64,000 nt of DNA from Cetorhinus maximus (taxonomy: Eukaryota). Each line of letters begins with the position of its first letter. The first letter of the stretch is position 1. This document shows positions 49,516-61,593 of the stretch, piece after piece. Under the pieces are notes generated by a model, which was given only the letters and a program-made list of their open reading frames with translations, searched no databases and was not told the origin of the DNA. The translations under genes were made by a program, and so were the position numbers. The stretch is taken from positions 138,632,001 through 138,696,000 of the forward strand of contig NC_135879.1 in assembly GCF_964194155.1 (NCBI RefSeq). Reading direction: 5' to 3'.

Positions 49516-49899
49516 GGCTGCTCCTTTTAAAAAAAAGTTAAACAGTACAGCTAAAGAATAAGGAAAACAGTAAGATTACATAAACCTCTACAAGTGTCGG
49601 AATCATGCTCGTTAGCTTTCACTGACTTCAGTGCCGAATGCTAATTGATGTGGCAAAGCCCATTTTACCATAATTCAGCTGTATGATCCACAAAGTACTA
49701 TAGCATTTTTTTCTGTCGCCGAAGTGATGCATTCAGAATAATTAGAAAGCGTGCATTTTAAAATCGGATGAGTGTTTATATTTACATATGCAGAGAATGA
49801 TTTTTTTGAAGTATCTCACTATTTTAGAATACTGATGTTATCGAACCGATGGAAAATGAGAGACTTTAGGACAATTACACATCTGTCTAATTACAATCA

Positions 49900-50520
49900 A
49901 ACAGCCCGGGTTTTCAAACCCTACACAGGGCGCGATGCAAAAACTAAGGATGGTTGCAGCCTGCATATTATTTGCCTCAAAACACGAGCCCAAGTGTGCA
50001 AGGGGCGAGCACAAGGCGGAGGGTGAGATAGTTTTCCCCGTCCTTTCGGGATTCCTCAGTGAGGGAAGCAGCGAGAGCTGCTGCCAGCTGAGGACCGGGG
50101 CGCTCGCAACTCTTACCTGTGTGCCCGAGGGAGGTGGAGGGGGGGGAGGAGGGGCTCCAAGCCTCCCGCTGAAGGGCTGAGCGGCTGCAGTCCGCTGCCA
50201 GAGGAGGAAAAGCCCTGAGCCGGGAAAGTTGGCTTGCTCCGAGTGCGATGCTGCAGCGGCAGCGGGCGACAGCCAAGTGCGCGCGCCAGGCCGGCTCGGG
50301 GCCGCACGCATTCGGGAGCGTGCCTCGGGAGCGCGCCTCTCTCTGCTGACACAACCTCCGGCAACGCTAATTTATGCTGATCCAGAGTGACACCCGAGTG
50401 ATGACCGTCCACTATCCATAACCTGCGTCAAATTGCTGGAGGAGCGACTCGAGCACACAGGTCCCGGGCCACTCGAAAGCTAAACACGCTCTAGCACGCC
50501 TCGGGGTCCTAGCGCCCACC
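49900..50520 (-). promoter_or_regulatory. CpG island / promoter of the minus-strand gene
   Basis: Non-repetitive GC- and CpG-rich block in AT-rich surroundings; CRE-like TGACGCA at ~50424-50430. Confidence 0.75.
50117..50350 (-). other. Putative exon 1 (5' UTR) of the host gene
   Basis: Consensus donor CAG|GTAAGA at 50117/50116 inside the CpG island; the 5' end (TSS) is a guess. Confidence 0.6.
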
Positions 50521-50540
50521 CAGTCCAAAATACACACAGT

Positions 50541-51260
50541 CCAGTTAAACATATACCCACCCACATAAACCACCAACCCAAACTAAACACACCTAGCCCA
50601 GTTAAACATATACCCACCCACATAAACCATCCACTTCAACTGAACACACCTAGCCCAGTTAAACATATTCCCACCCACATAAACCACCAACCCAAATTAA
50701 ACACACCTAGCCCAGTTAAACACATACCCATCCATATAAACCACCAACCTCAATTAAACACTCCTACCCACATAAACCACATAAGCCATCCACTTCAACT
50801 AAATACCCCCGCCCACATAAACAACCCACCCAACTAAACACAGGCGTCCCAACCACATGAACCATCTACCACCAAAGCAACCCACTTTAACTAAACACGC
50901 CCGACCACATAAACCACCCAATCCCAACTAAACACTCGTACCCACATATACCACCCAGCCCAACTGAATGCACAAACCCACATAAACTACACACTTCAAC
51001 TAAACACAGTTTCCCAACCACATAAACCACCCATTCCAAAGAAACACTCCCATCCACACATTCAACTCATCCCAACTAAACGCACCACCCCGCCCCCAAC
51101 CCTTTACATAAACCACTCAATCACGTAAACCACCCACCCAACCTAAATACCGCTTCCCAACCACACAAACACAGGCACGCCAGCTAAACGCGTCCACCCC
51201 CATAAACACACCCCCCAACATAAACCAGCCACGCCAACTGAGCACACCTTCTCCTCCACC
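50541..51260. repeat. A/C-rich minisatellite, 57-bp period decaying into ~19/38-bp units
   Basis: CCAGTTAAAC starts at 50541, 50598, 50655 and 50712; CACATAAACCA and CAACTAAAC subunits continue to ~51240. Confidence 0.9.
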
Positions 51261-53154
51261 CACACAAAGCCCATGTAAACTGTGCTAGCACTCAATCGCC
51301 TCACTGCCTCTTCCATTGCTAAAATTAGATAAGTACTGATATTTCTTCAATTATCTTTTGGCATAATTGTTGCCGTTGTGCAGCGGTATGCTAGGTTTGG
51401 CGGTGCTATGCTACAGTCAGCTCATTGTTTTTATTTTTAAATGTAAATACAATATGTGCTCCTTTCGTGAAGGATGCTGATGTGATTCTGGTGTCTGCCC
51501 CGTACATCCGCAAACACACGACAGAAAGGAGGATCTCAATCTGATCGTTTTAGTATTCCTTTCAATCGCTGTCACTCTGTTCCCTATTCTGAGCGTTCCC
51601 CTTTCTGGTTTTCCAAGGAATCGTCCAGGGGCCCTTTGATCGTTTCTGTTGCAACTGTCACTTCGTTTACTTATTTTTGCCTTGCTTTTAATTTGTAGAT
51701 TATTTATAAACTGAACAGATACCTTATTGTAGCTAATATGTGTTTGTTTGATATTTATGAGTATATTTTTGTCAGATCATAATTCTGTTTATATATTTGT
51801 CCGTATTTACGCTGCCAGTTATGACCGAACACTTCATCTGTTTGAATTTGCGTTGTGCGGAAAGCATGAATGACAATGAAATAGCTGGACATTTATAATC
51901 ATTAAAACGAGTAACCTGGTATGCAAAACGTGCTAATCAATAAAGTGATCCGTTGCTTTTTTAACCTACTTTATAATCTAATTTACAGCACTTGACGCCA
52001 GTATAAAGCACTTCAAGTTATACAGATCAGTCATTTAAATTCTGCCTATGTACACTTCCCATGAATAATTAAATGCCTGTATTTTCACAGCCTCCCTTGA
52101 CAAGGAAGATAGAGAAACTGCAGGAGAAGAGGAGAACAGACAAAGATTGTGAATGCGTTAACTGTTATTACAACACTTACATGCTCTGCGTCTGTTTCTT
52201 TTTTTCCTTCTTTATTCCTGGACTAGTTTCTTTTGCTGTATGGATATTAGATAAATGCATTGCTTTGTATTCTTTTTTTCAATTCATTGAATGAAGTTCA
52301 CCTTTTGTCGTTTTGAGTTAAACATGTTTGTAATTGCATTTTGCCTAACTTGCAGAGAATGAGCACGCACTACAGTTTATTAAACCAAATTAATAGAATA
52401 ATAAATGTATTACTTTTTTAAAATATAGTTAAATAATGTTTGCCATTTTAGTACATTCCTATAAACCCCTACTAAATAATGTCACATTCAACAAAAATAA
52501 ACACTCCTAATATTTCAATGTGAATTGATTTTTCAGAATAACTTTTCTGGGGCACTTCCTATATTAAACTTAAAGATGGCAGAACCAATCTTTATATAAT
52601 GTTAGGGTCTGTTTGATTTGTTACATTTTGTTGAGAAAAGAAACATTTTGGAGCTGCCATGCACAGCATTGTGCCCATGGCAACTATGGAAAATGTAAGT
52701 ATTAAACATGACAAACATTGTAATCAATAGGCAAATATGTATTCGGTATGCCAAATGTATACACCTAAAATTATTAGCTACAATGCAACAAATGCATGTG
52801 GATAAAGGGCCTTTTTTCCCATTCTATATGAGTCAGCAAAGCCTCCAAGAATTGTATTCCCCTTTGCAATGCATTTTTTAGTGTTTCCAGATTCAAGTTT
52901 CTCTGTAAATAAGCACACAAGTACATGGTTTTTAATCATGGTTTCAGGGTTGTTTCACCGGTGTCAGCTCCCCTCTATTTTCTCACCCAGGTTTTCTTCG
53001 TCCTCAAGTAATTTTACACAACCATTCAGCTATTGATCATGAAAGGCATTTTGGAGGCAAACCCCAAACCTATTGTAACAGGGCTAAGACCTCACATATT
53101 TTTATGAAATATATATGTTATATACATCAGTCATGACTAATTCCTAAAATTTTA

Positions 53155-53382
53155 GCAGAAAATGCTGCAAAACCCAGCAGGTCTGACAACATCTGTGGAA
53201 AGAGAAACAGGGGTAACGTTTCGAGTCCGTATGACCCTCCTTCAGAGCTCTGAAGAAGGGTCATATGGATCTGAAATGTTAACTCTGTTTCTCTCTCCAC
53301 AGATTCTGCCAGACCTGCTGAGTTTTTCCAGCATTTTCTGTTCATATTTCAAAATTCCAGCATTTGCTATATTTTGCTTTTA
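53155..53382. mobile_element. Palindromic Penelope-like insertion nested in the LTR
   Basis: Inverted arms centred on TTCAGAG|CTCTGAA (53247/8); exact 13-bp TSD TCCTAAAATTTTA at 53142-54 and 53383-95. Confidence 0.85.
53243..53287 (+). ncRNA. Minimal type-I hammerhead ribozyme-like motif (mirror copy on minus, 53252-53208)
   Basis: CAGAGCT-CTGAAGA-A-GGGTC-atatg-GATCT-GAAA-TGTT-AACTCTG: helix I, CUGANGA core, helix II, GAAA, vestigial helix III. PLEs are known carriers of such motifs. Activity untested. Confidence 0.55.
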
Positions 53383-55502
53383 TCCTAAAATTTTAAAACT
53401 GGACAATGGCCTTTTAAAATGACTGAAGCCATGTCTGGCTGTGACCTTCACACAATAGGAGCTAATCTAGCAGTATCAAAGACATTTGTGCCTTGTTATC
53501 TCTGACGAGACTCTAATAACCCCTGTGGGCTGCAGAGACAAAACTCAAAGGGAATTATACAAAGGCCATTTACATTTCATTAGCCAGGCAAGGCCACTGG
53601 AGTCTACTAGTTTTCTAGAACAAAGAGCACTGCAACCTTGTTTTCAACTTCATAATGGTTGGGACATTGACCATCTTAGGAACCCAGACAAAGGAATACA
53701 TACCCTTTGTCAAACCCAAAGTGGAGAGGTGGGGGTCATGTGACATGAACCCCTCCTAACTGGGAGAACCATTTATTCTGTCTTGCTGGACTGTAAATTG
53801 TCTGCCATCTCCTAACTACCAAACAGCAACTCAGAAAAGGGGCTTTGTTCAGGTTTGAAAGCCTGGTCCCCATCTACATTATTTCTACTGGAACTTCTGA
53901 ACTTCTATACCATCGCCTACAGGACTCTGCGTACCTATCTCATCGTGGAAATCATTTCCAATGGAAAAGTCAATTTCCAGCATCAGTTATCAGCCAACTG
54001 ACCTCTGCGAAAGAATACATCATTGGACTTTGATTCTGGACTTTGGACTCACGTGAAACAATAATGCCTTGCTCTGTGGTCTTTGCCCTGTAAATCTTTC
54101 CTCCTCTATCCCTCATGTATTGTATGAATGCAAAGGGGGCTGTGTAGTGACATCTCCTCCCAGGTTTTGAGTGTGTGAAAATAAACTAACCCTCTAAGTT
54201 CACCCTATTCATGTTTGCTGTGGGGTTATTAATAGAAATTGGATCACACCAAAACTGAGGGAATGGGAAATACACCTCCGCAAATAAAGACATTTAAACT
54301 AAGACACCTTTCTGTTTACAGATGGGCGGTGAGAGCAGAAAGCAGGGTTGTTTAAATTCAACCCTCTTACGTCCCTAACACTATCCTGGATTGAATCAGT
54401 TCATTTGAAGCACGAGCACGCAAAATCTATTTGTCACACATTGAATTGTTTTCAGTTTATAGACTCTAAACTATAAATAAAGTTAGGTAGTTTGATGTTT
54501 TAAAGATAGCTGTACGTCAATATTTGAGGCTAAATGATCGCACACTGACACTTAACGCACCAAATGCAACAAGATTAAAAAACAATAAATTTCAATTTAG
54601 GGACATGGTGCCATGGTAAACTATAATACTTCGTGTTGAGCCTCAATTTCAATCTAAACTAGAATGATAGGATAAAAGTTTATTTCTATAGTGCAAGTCA
54701 GCATCATAACAATGTCCATAATTCACATAAAAATTGGGAAAATTTGGAAATATCAAAGCAAAGGAGCTGCAACAGCATGTGTTGTGGAAAATGAACACAT
54801 CACATTGATTCTACAAGTGGTGTACTTCCTGAGGAGCATTGGAGAATCTTTACCTTGCACTTAGCCTATATTATGCCCATCTTGAAATGATTTGAACTCA
54901 GCACTAGATACCAACAGTCACTATTGTTTTACCCCACAGAACTGCCATTCATGATGCTTTTTTTGGAGGGAGGAGAACTTGCATTATTTTCACGGCCAGG
55001 ATTTTACGCACTAGTAGTGGGTGCACATTCAACCCAGGGAGCATTAAATCTCACATGAAGATATCAGGTGCACGTCCCGACCCTATCACGCACTCGCACG
55101 ATAGTTCAGTCAGCGGGCACGTTCAGCGCTCAGAAGCATGCCCGGCGACAATTAATCAACCACTTAAGGCAATTAAAAGTGCAATTGAATTAAATTTTAC
55201 ATGCGGTTTCATGCTCATCACATGAGCAACATGGGCAGGCAGCCAACTCGTTTATTCACTTTTCTCATCCAAGGGTGGGATAAAAGGGGAGAGGAGCGTT
55301 GGCTGTGTGAGCTGCTGGAGTTCGTGTAAGAATTTGATACTGCATGTTTGCTAAGATTTCAGATCTTTTCCTGTGGTTTCTTCTGAAGCGTTTGCTTTGT
55401 TAGCTTTGTTTTGAGGACTCCTTTGTTTTGTCGACCCTCTTGGAGCATTTCAGCCGAGTGCAGCCCTCATTGCATAGAGCAGTGCCAGCTGTATTTCAAC
55501 AG

Positions 55503-56720
55503 ATGAGGACTGTGTACCCCACTGGGAGAGCCTCCTCTGAGGAGGAAGAGAGGGGCAGATGGGAGAGGACAGGTGCCCACAGGCAGTGTCACAGGGATGG
55601 ATCTGCGGGAGGAGAGGCACTGGCACAGGTGGTGCAGGGCCAGCAAGGTGAGCAAGGCAGAAAGGACCACAGAAGATGCCACTATCCTGCTGCCAGAGTG
55701 TACAGGCAGTGATCCAGCTACCTCAACATGTCTGAGGTCCAGTGCCGCAGGAGGCTCCGCTTCTCTCGGGGCACCATGACATCAATCTGCCAGATGATTG
55801 GTCCGAAGATTGTCTTCAACTGTGTGAGTGGGCACCCAATGCCAGTGGTTCTGAAGGTTAGAGAAGCCCTCAATTTTTTTTTTACTTTTGGATCTTTCGG
55901 GGTCAGTGGGAGATCTGTGTGGAGTGTTCCAATCAGCTGTCCATAGTTGTGTCAGGCTCATCACTGACGCTCTGTTCATACGGGTCCTCATAATCATTCA
56001 TTTCCTGATGGACCAAGCCAGGCAGGCTGAGCAGACCAGAGGCTTCACAGTTATTGCTGGGTTCCCCTGCATCCAGGGTGCCATATGGCCATCAAGACAC
56101 CAGCAAGTCAGCCGGGTGCCCTTGTGAATAGAAGGGGTTCCCACTCTATGAACATGCAGGTAGTATGCCACTCTGAGACCCAGATTCTGCAAGTCTGTGC
56201 AAGGTACTGTGGCAGCTCCCATGATACATACATCCTACGACACTCCCAATGCCAAGTCTGTTCATGGCTCCAGCTTGGCTGGATGGTTTGCTGCAGGGTG
56301 ACAAAGGATATCCCCTTAAAAGGTGGCTCATGAGGCCACTTCAGCACCTAGGACAGAAGCAGAAGAGAGGTGCAATAGAAGTCCAGCATCCACAAGGACT
56401 GTGGTTGAGAGGATAATTGGCCTGCTGAAGATGGAGTTCCGCTGCTTGGACCAATCATATGGTGCACTGCAATATCATCTAGAGCACATGTTACTTATTG
56501 TCATTGTCTGCTGCGCTCTGCACAATCTGGCACTGGCAAGGGGAGCCCACTGGAGGATAAAGATAGCAAGGCAGCTCCACAGGCCACTGAGGAAGGCTCT
56601 ACAGATGGATCTGATGTGGAACCCTGGCAGGCACAGGTTGAGGATGTGGAAGCAGGCTTGAGGAACGTTTAGGGAGGCAGAGACACCAGGGGGGCCTTGT
56701 TTCAACACACTTTCTGCTAG
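55503..56720 (+). pseudogene. HARBI1-like Harbinger transposase
   Basis: [76 protein letters not shown]; many frameshifts; the first catalytic Asp region is deleted. Confidence 0.9.
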
Positions 56721-57010
56721 GCTGCCAAAGCATGGCTTTTCTCTTATGCCAAGGGCACTGTCTCCCTACCACACATTTCTGAGGAGGCAATCCCATGATC
56801 CCAGTGTTGCCTCACAACCTCTGTAATAAAGTTTGCACCTATGGAAAACATGAAGGTCAGTCAGGGCATTGAAACAAAATCTAGATTTATATCCTTTCCA
56901 GAGTTTCAAAAGAGGAATGTAAGATAAGATGGTTCCTACTGTCACACAGAAAATAATACATAAAACTGATTAAATGAAAGAATGTCACCCATAAATACCC
57001 CATCCTGTGC

Positions 57011-58880
57011 TCACAGTGCCTTAAACTTATGCTTGTGAGCACTGGGTCTTGGTGTCCCCACCCCCCCCAACTCCTTCACTGGCTGCACCATTGGAGTCAG
57101 ATTGCTCAATATGTTATTGTGTCAGTCCTGATGATCTTGGCAGTCGTCCTCTGGCTGGGGGAGCATGAGCAGGCTCCACCTGGGAGGGTGCAGCCAGCGA
57201 CATGGCTGGGCACTCATCAGCCATCATAAAAGATGGCACGGTCACTAGCAGAGGGGCGAATTTTCTGCCATCCTCATCCGCAGAGCCGTGAGAGGAGCCA
57301 ACGTGAGGTATGTCTGGACCTCCCACTGTCTATTGATGGACGGACACCTAACAGAGAGACTAGGTGCCTCATCCATCTCTCACATTGGCAGTGACCTCCT
57401 CCTGAGGTCACTGCCGGTGTGTGGGGGTGCAGGTCCAAGCGCGACCCCAGGAACCACTGATTTTGTTCCTGGAGCTGCCTCTCCATAAGAGTCGCCACTC
57501 TTTCAATGGAGAAGGCTGTGTGCTCCTGTTCAGGGTCAACTAGGTGTTCACGTTCCTCAAGGACTCCTCCATGACAGAGACCATGGCACTCAAACCCTCA
57601 GGGATCTCCGCCAGACCTTCCCATGCATTCTGCTGGATATCCAGCACCTGCTGCCTGATAGACAACTCCAGAGGCTTATCATCTGCCTCAGACTCAGCAT
57701 CATCCTGGTCTCCAACAGTCCTCTGACAGTCGATGCCCTGGCACTCTCTGCCTCCGCCAGCTCCTCATGCGAGTGTGCCGTGTCCACCCCATAGTACACA
57801 ACCATCTGAGCCGATGAACTACAGCCCACCAACATGCTTGTATCTGAGCTAGTGCCTGATAGCCAGAGAGGGTGTGATGCGGGTTGATTGTGTGTGGCTC
57901 CTCCTCCAGTGTCAATTGAGGGTCCTTGAGGTCCCAGGTGCCTCTGGAAAATGGTGCATCTGAGGGAGGAAGACAATATGTCAGTGGCATCAATCATCAC
58001 ATATTGAATGTGCATGCTAGGAAGCCTAGTGAGACTATCATGGTGCCATCGTCATTGCTGGATCTCTGGGGTCTCTTGATTAGAAGTTATCTTTTGAGAA
58101 GAGAGGACCCTACATTGTTTGCAGTCTCCGCCTATCCCACATCTGTCCACTGGACTCTTACCTTCCTCCGAGACACCTGCCTCTCCACGGCCTGATGACC
58201 TTGGTGCATGTTCGCACTCAAGCTCCAGGGCGCCAATTTCACATTTGTTCAGGATGAGAAGGTTGGCCGCCCCACCACCTATTCTTGTGTGCTCAGCAGC
58301 ATTATGCCTTCTCTTCTCCTGTACGGACAACGGTCCATTCATTAGTCCACCCTCTACCTGCAACACCATGCCAGGTTCGCCACCCACCCCTCCAAACACC
58401 TGCCCCACATCTGGGAAGCAGGTTGGAGTGCCCATCATATTTTCACACCTGACCCTTATATGCACCCAGAGCTACAGGTCTGATCTCCAAGCCTGAGCAG
58501 GCACATGTATATGTGCCTTCTGTTACCCTGAGTCTTACACCCGAATGCCAGGAAGGACGGCCACCCTCCAAGACTTCTCCACAAAGTACCATGCCAAATT
58601 GGTACTCATCCTTCCTAAGTGCAGAAGATCATTGAACTTTTTTTGGCACTGAATCGAGGTGCAGTGCACCATGTCGTGCCTACTGACCTGGGCTGCCACC
58701 TCTACAGAGGCTTTCTTTGTTTGTTGGGGTGGCCTCCTCGTGCCATCCTGCAGCATCAGGATGTCCTGCCTGGCACTCACTGCCTCCACAAGAGTACGCA
58801 GGCATTCGCCCAAGAAGCGGGTGGCAGAGCGTCCACCTGCATTGCCCTCCCACCTGGCGTGTCGAGCGGGTGCTAATGTG
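57011..58880 (-). pseudogene. Harbinger Myb/SANT gene, 3 exons (~58880-58610, 58318-58162, 57959-57011)
   Basis: LVEAVSARQDIL..VAAQVSR..IQCQKKFNDLL; EKRRHNAAEHTRIGGG; intron positions match 22634-24863; first donor mutated GT>AT. Confidence 0.82.
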
Positions 58881-60626
58881 ATACCTTCAGCTTATATTTG
58901 GACAGCTCTCTCTGCCTCCTCTGGAAATCCTAGCAGCCTTCAAGGTGCTGCCTCAGCCATTTTAAAACCTCCTGCCGGGTCCCCATTGGACCCGGCGGCC
59001 GCCACACTCCTGCTCCTGCCGGCAGCCCTTCCCCAATGTGGGGGCGTATTTCACACTGGCTGGCTCGTAATTGGCCAGCAATTGTGAAACCTCAATCTTC
59101 TGATGTTCACAGGTGGACATGGTAATTGAGGCTGCTTCTGGGCCTGCTGATCACGCGCACCATGTTCGCAAAATTCAGACCCATGGCTTTTGTTGCCACT
59201 GTCTGCCTTGATTTTCCATGGCTATGCATTTCCTGCAGCCTAGAGATAGTGTGGTGAATCTGCTCACAGATAACTAATATTGGCCTAGAATTTCCAATGT
59301 GTATCCAAGTGAGTCTATAAGCACTCACCATTATTACGGAGGAAATCCAACTGAAATTTCTGGAGTATTCACATGCATATTTAAATGTGGATATCTGGAA
59401 GTTGCTGTCAGAGGTAACCCCACTTGTCCACAGTGTGCACCATTGCATTGCTTGCCAATAGACTTGCTATTGAAATGATGGCAACAATGTGAATTTGGGG
59501 TACTTGACTACTAAGTATGCACTAAAGTCAGCTGCAAAAATTTAGGGCTGGTGCATTTGGGAATAAATGTCATTAATGGCACAGGAAGCAATAATTACTT
59601 ATGAATAACCTCTGTGGCCTTGAAAATTTAATTTTACAGCATGGAGTCTCATTCCTCGAGAAGAAGATTAATACTGGACATTTAATTTTTAAAAACTTTT
59701 TCTGTCTCTTATCCGATCTGTAGTACACAATCTTTATTTCACTTTTTGTGCATATTTATGTCTAATTTATATTTTCTGCTTTACACTTTCTTGTTTGAAC
59801 TCTGCATGTCTCTGTGAAGATTCTTTAATCTGATTTGTTGAAGACCCTCACTGTTTTTCCTGTTCACATTTGCAATAGATTCCTTGTAGTGTGCGCTGTG
59901 CTGAATCAGGCATCAGGAACAGGATTTTCCTTGCAGCAGCTGGCCTGTCAAATCAGGAGGGAGCAGTCAGTGTGATATTCTCTTGAGTGACAAATTAAAG
60001 GCCAGAGGCTGGGCTCAGTGTCCAATTAAGGACTTTGGGTGGGCTCTTGAAACTGGAGGGCCAATAATAGGCCTTCCGGCTTGAAAGAAGCAGCAGGCTA
60101 TGATGGTAGGTATGTGAGGGAGAGTACACTTCAAAATGAAGGCACCCTCTCTCCAATCTTTTCAAAATCTGCAGCTAGGCCACTACTGTAGGGTTGGAGC
60201 TTTCAGGGAGCACCTCTACAATGTGGCGCATTGCTGCTCCTGCAATGTGCAGGCAGAGAGGGCCTCTAAGAATGCCTGGAGTGTTGGCTTCCAGGTCTGC
60301 CACTGGCATCCCAACTCCAGGTAACTAAATTGTCCCCCGCTGCCTCCAGGAACCTGGAAGCTGACTGAAACAGCCCTGTCAGTTTATTTCAAATAGTCTT
60401 AAATTGGTATTAACAAGCTTAATCTTTTACCTGCCATGTGTGGACAGATAGCCCTGCTGCCACCAACCCCCTCTCATCCAGCCTTCAGGAAAATGGTGCG
60501 AGAATTGGATGTAGCTGGAGAACTGTCATGCAGACTGGTAGCGCTAGTCTTAACAACCACCCAGATCCGTTACTGGTCCCGACGAGAGTTAAAAATCCAA
60601 TCCAGATTACTAGAAATCTGGTATAA

Positions 60627-61593
60627 TAAAAGCAAAATACTGCAAATGCTGGAGATCTGAAATAAAAACAGAAAGCGCTGGAAAAACTCATCAGGTTTTT
60701 TTAAATTCATTCATGGGATATGGGCACCACTGGCTAGGCCAGCATTTATTGCCCTTGTTCAGATGGCATTTAAGAGTCAAACACATTGCTGTGGGTCTGA
60801 AGTCACATGTAGGCCAGACCAGGTGAGGACAGCAGATTTCTTTCCCTAAAGGACATTAGTGAATCAGGTGGGTTTTTACAACAATCAACAATGGTTTCAT
60901 CATTAGACTTTTAATTCCAGATATTTATTGAATTCAAATTCCACCATCTGCATTCAAACCCAGAACCCCAGAACATTACCCTGGGTCCCTAGAGCACTGG
61001 TCCAGTGACAATACCACTACACCACCACCTCCCCTAGGTCTGGCAGCATCTGTGGAGAAGAAACAGAGTTAACATTTTGGGTCCAATATGACTTCTCCCA
61101 AAGAAGAGTCATATTGGACTTGAAATGTTAACTCAGGTGCTGCAGGGAAAATCCTTTTCCTGGTATCTGATTCAGCACAGTGCCCTCTACAAGGGATCTG
61201 TTGCATATGTGAACAGACAAGAAACAATGAGGTTCTTCAACAAATCAGATCTGCACAAAGACATGCAGAGTCCAAACAAGGAAGTGTAAAGCAGGAAATA
61301 TAGATTAGATTTAAAGATGTACAAAAAGTCAAATAAAGATTGAGAAATACAAATAGGAGTAAGGGAGAAGGGTAAGGGACAGAAAAAACATTAAACTTCC
61401 AGTATTAATTTTCTTCTCAAGGAATGAGACTCCACACAGTAAAATTACATTTTCAAGGCCCGAGAGATTGTTCAGCAATAATTATTGCTTATGGTGCCAT
61501 TAATAACACTTAGTCCTAACTTTTTGAAGATATCTTTAACTCTCTCCACAGATACTGCCAGACCTGTCGACTTTTTTAAGACTTTCTGTTTTT
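60627..61593. mobile_element. Palindromic Penelope-like insertion, twice interrupted
   Basis: Arms at 60627-60696/61036-61098 and 61099-61134/61540-61593; ATTACTAGAAATCT repeated at 60606-19 and 61594-607. Confidence 0.75.
60697..61035 (-). mobile_element. tRNA-derived SINE, same family as 2057-2373
   Basis: Reverse-complement match through core and tail; a partial third copy lies at 62253-62422. Confidence 0.8.

Larger units (their letters stand above)
53074..54380 (+). mobile_element. Solo LTR (~1.07 kb without the nested insert)
   Basis: TGTAACAGGG ... CCCTAACA ends; CTAT TSD at 53070-73 and 54381-84; AATAAA at ~54180. Confidence 0.7.
54994..59182. mobile_element. Second full-length PIF/Harbinger (~4.19 kb), opposite orientation, more diverged
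   Basis: Ends GGCCAGGATTTT / AAAATTCAGACC(C); flanks CAC/CAT; same convergent two-gene layout. Confidence 0.85.

Noticed and set aside
50541-50770. CRISPR-like array
   Set aside because: Contiguous tandem units without unique spacers, eukaryotic context, no cas genes.
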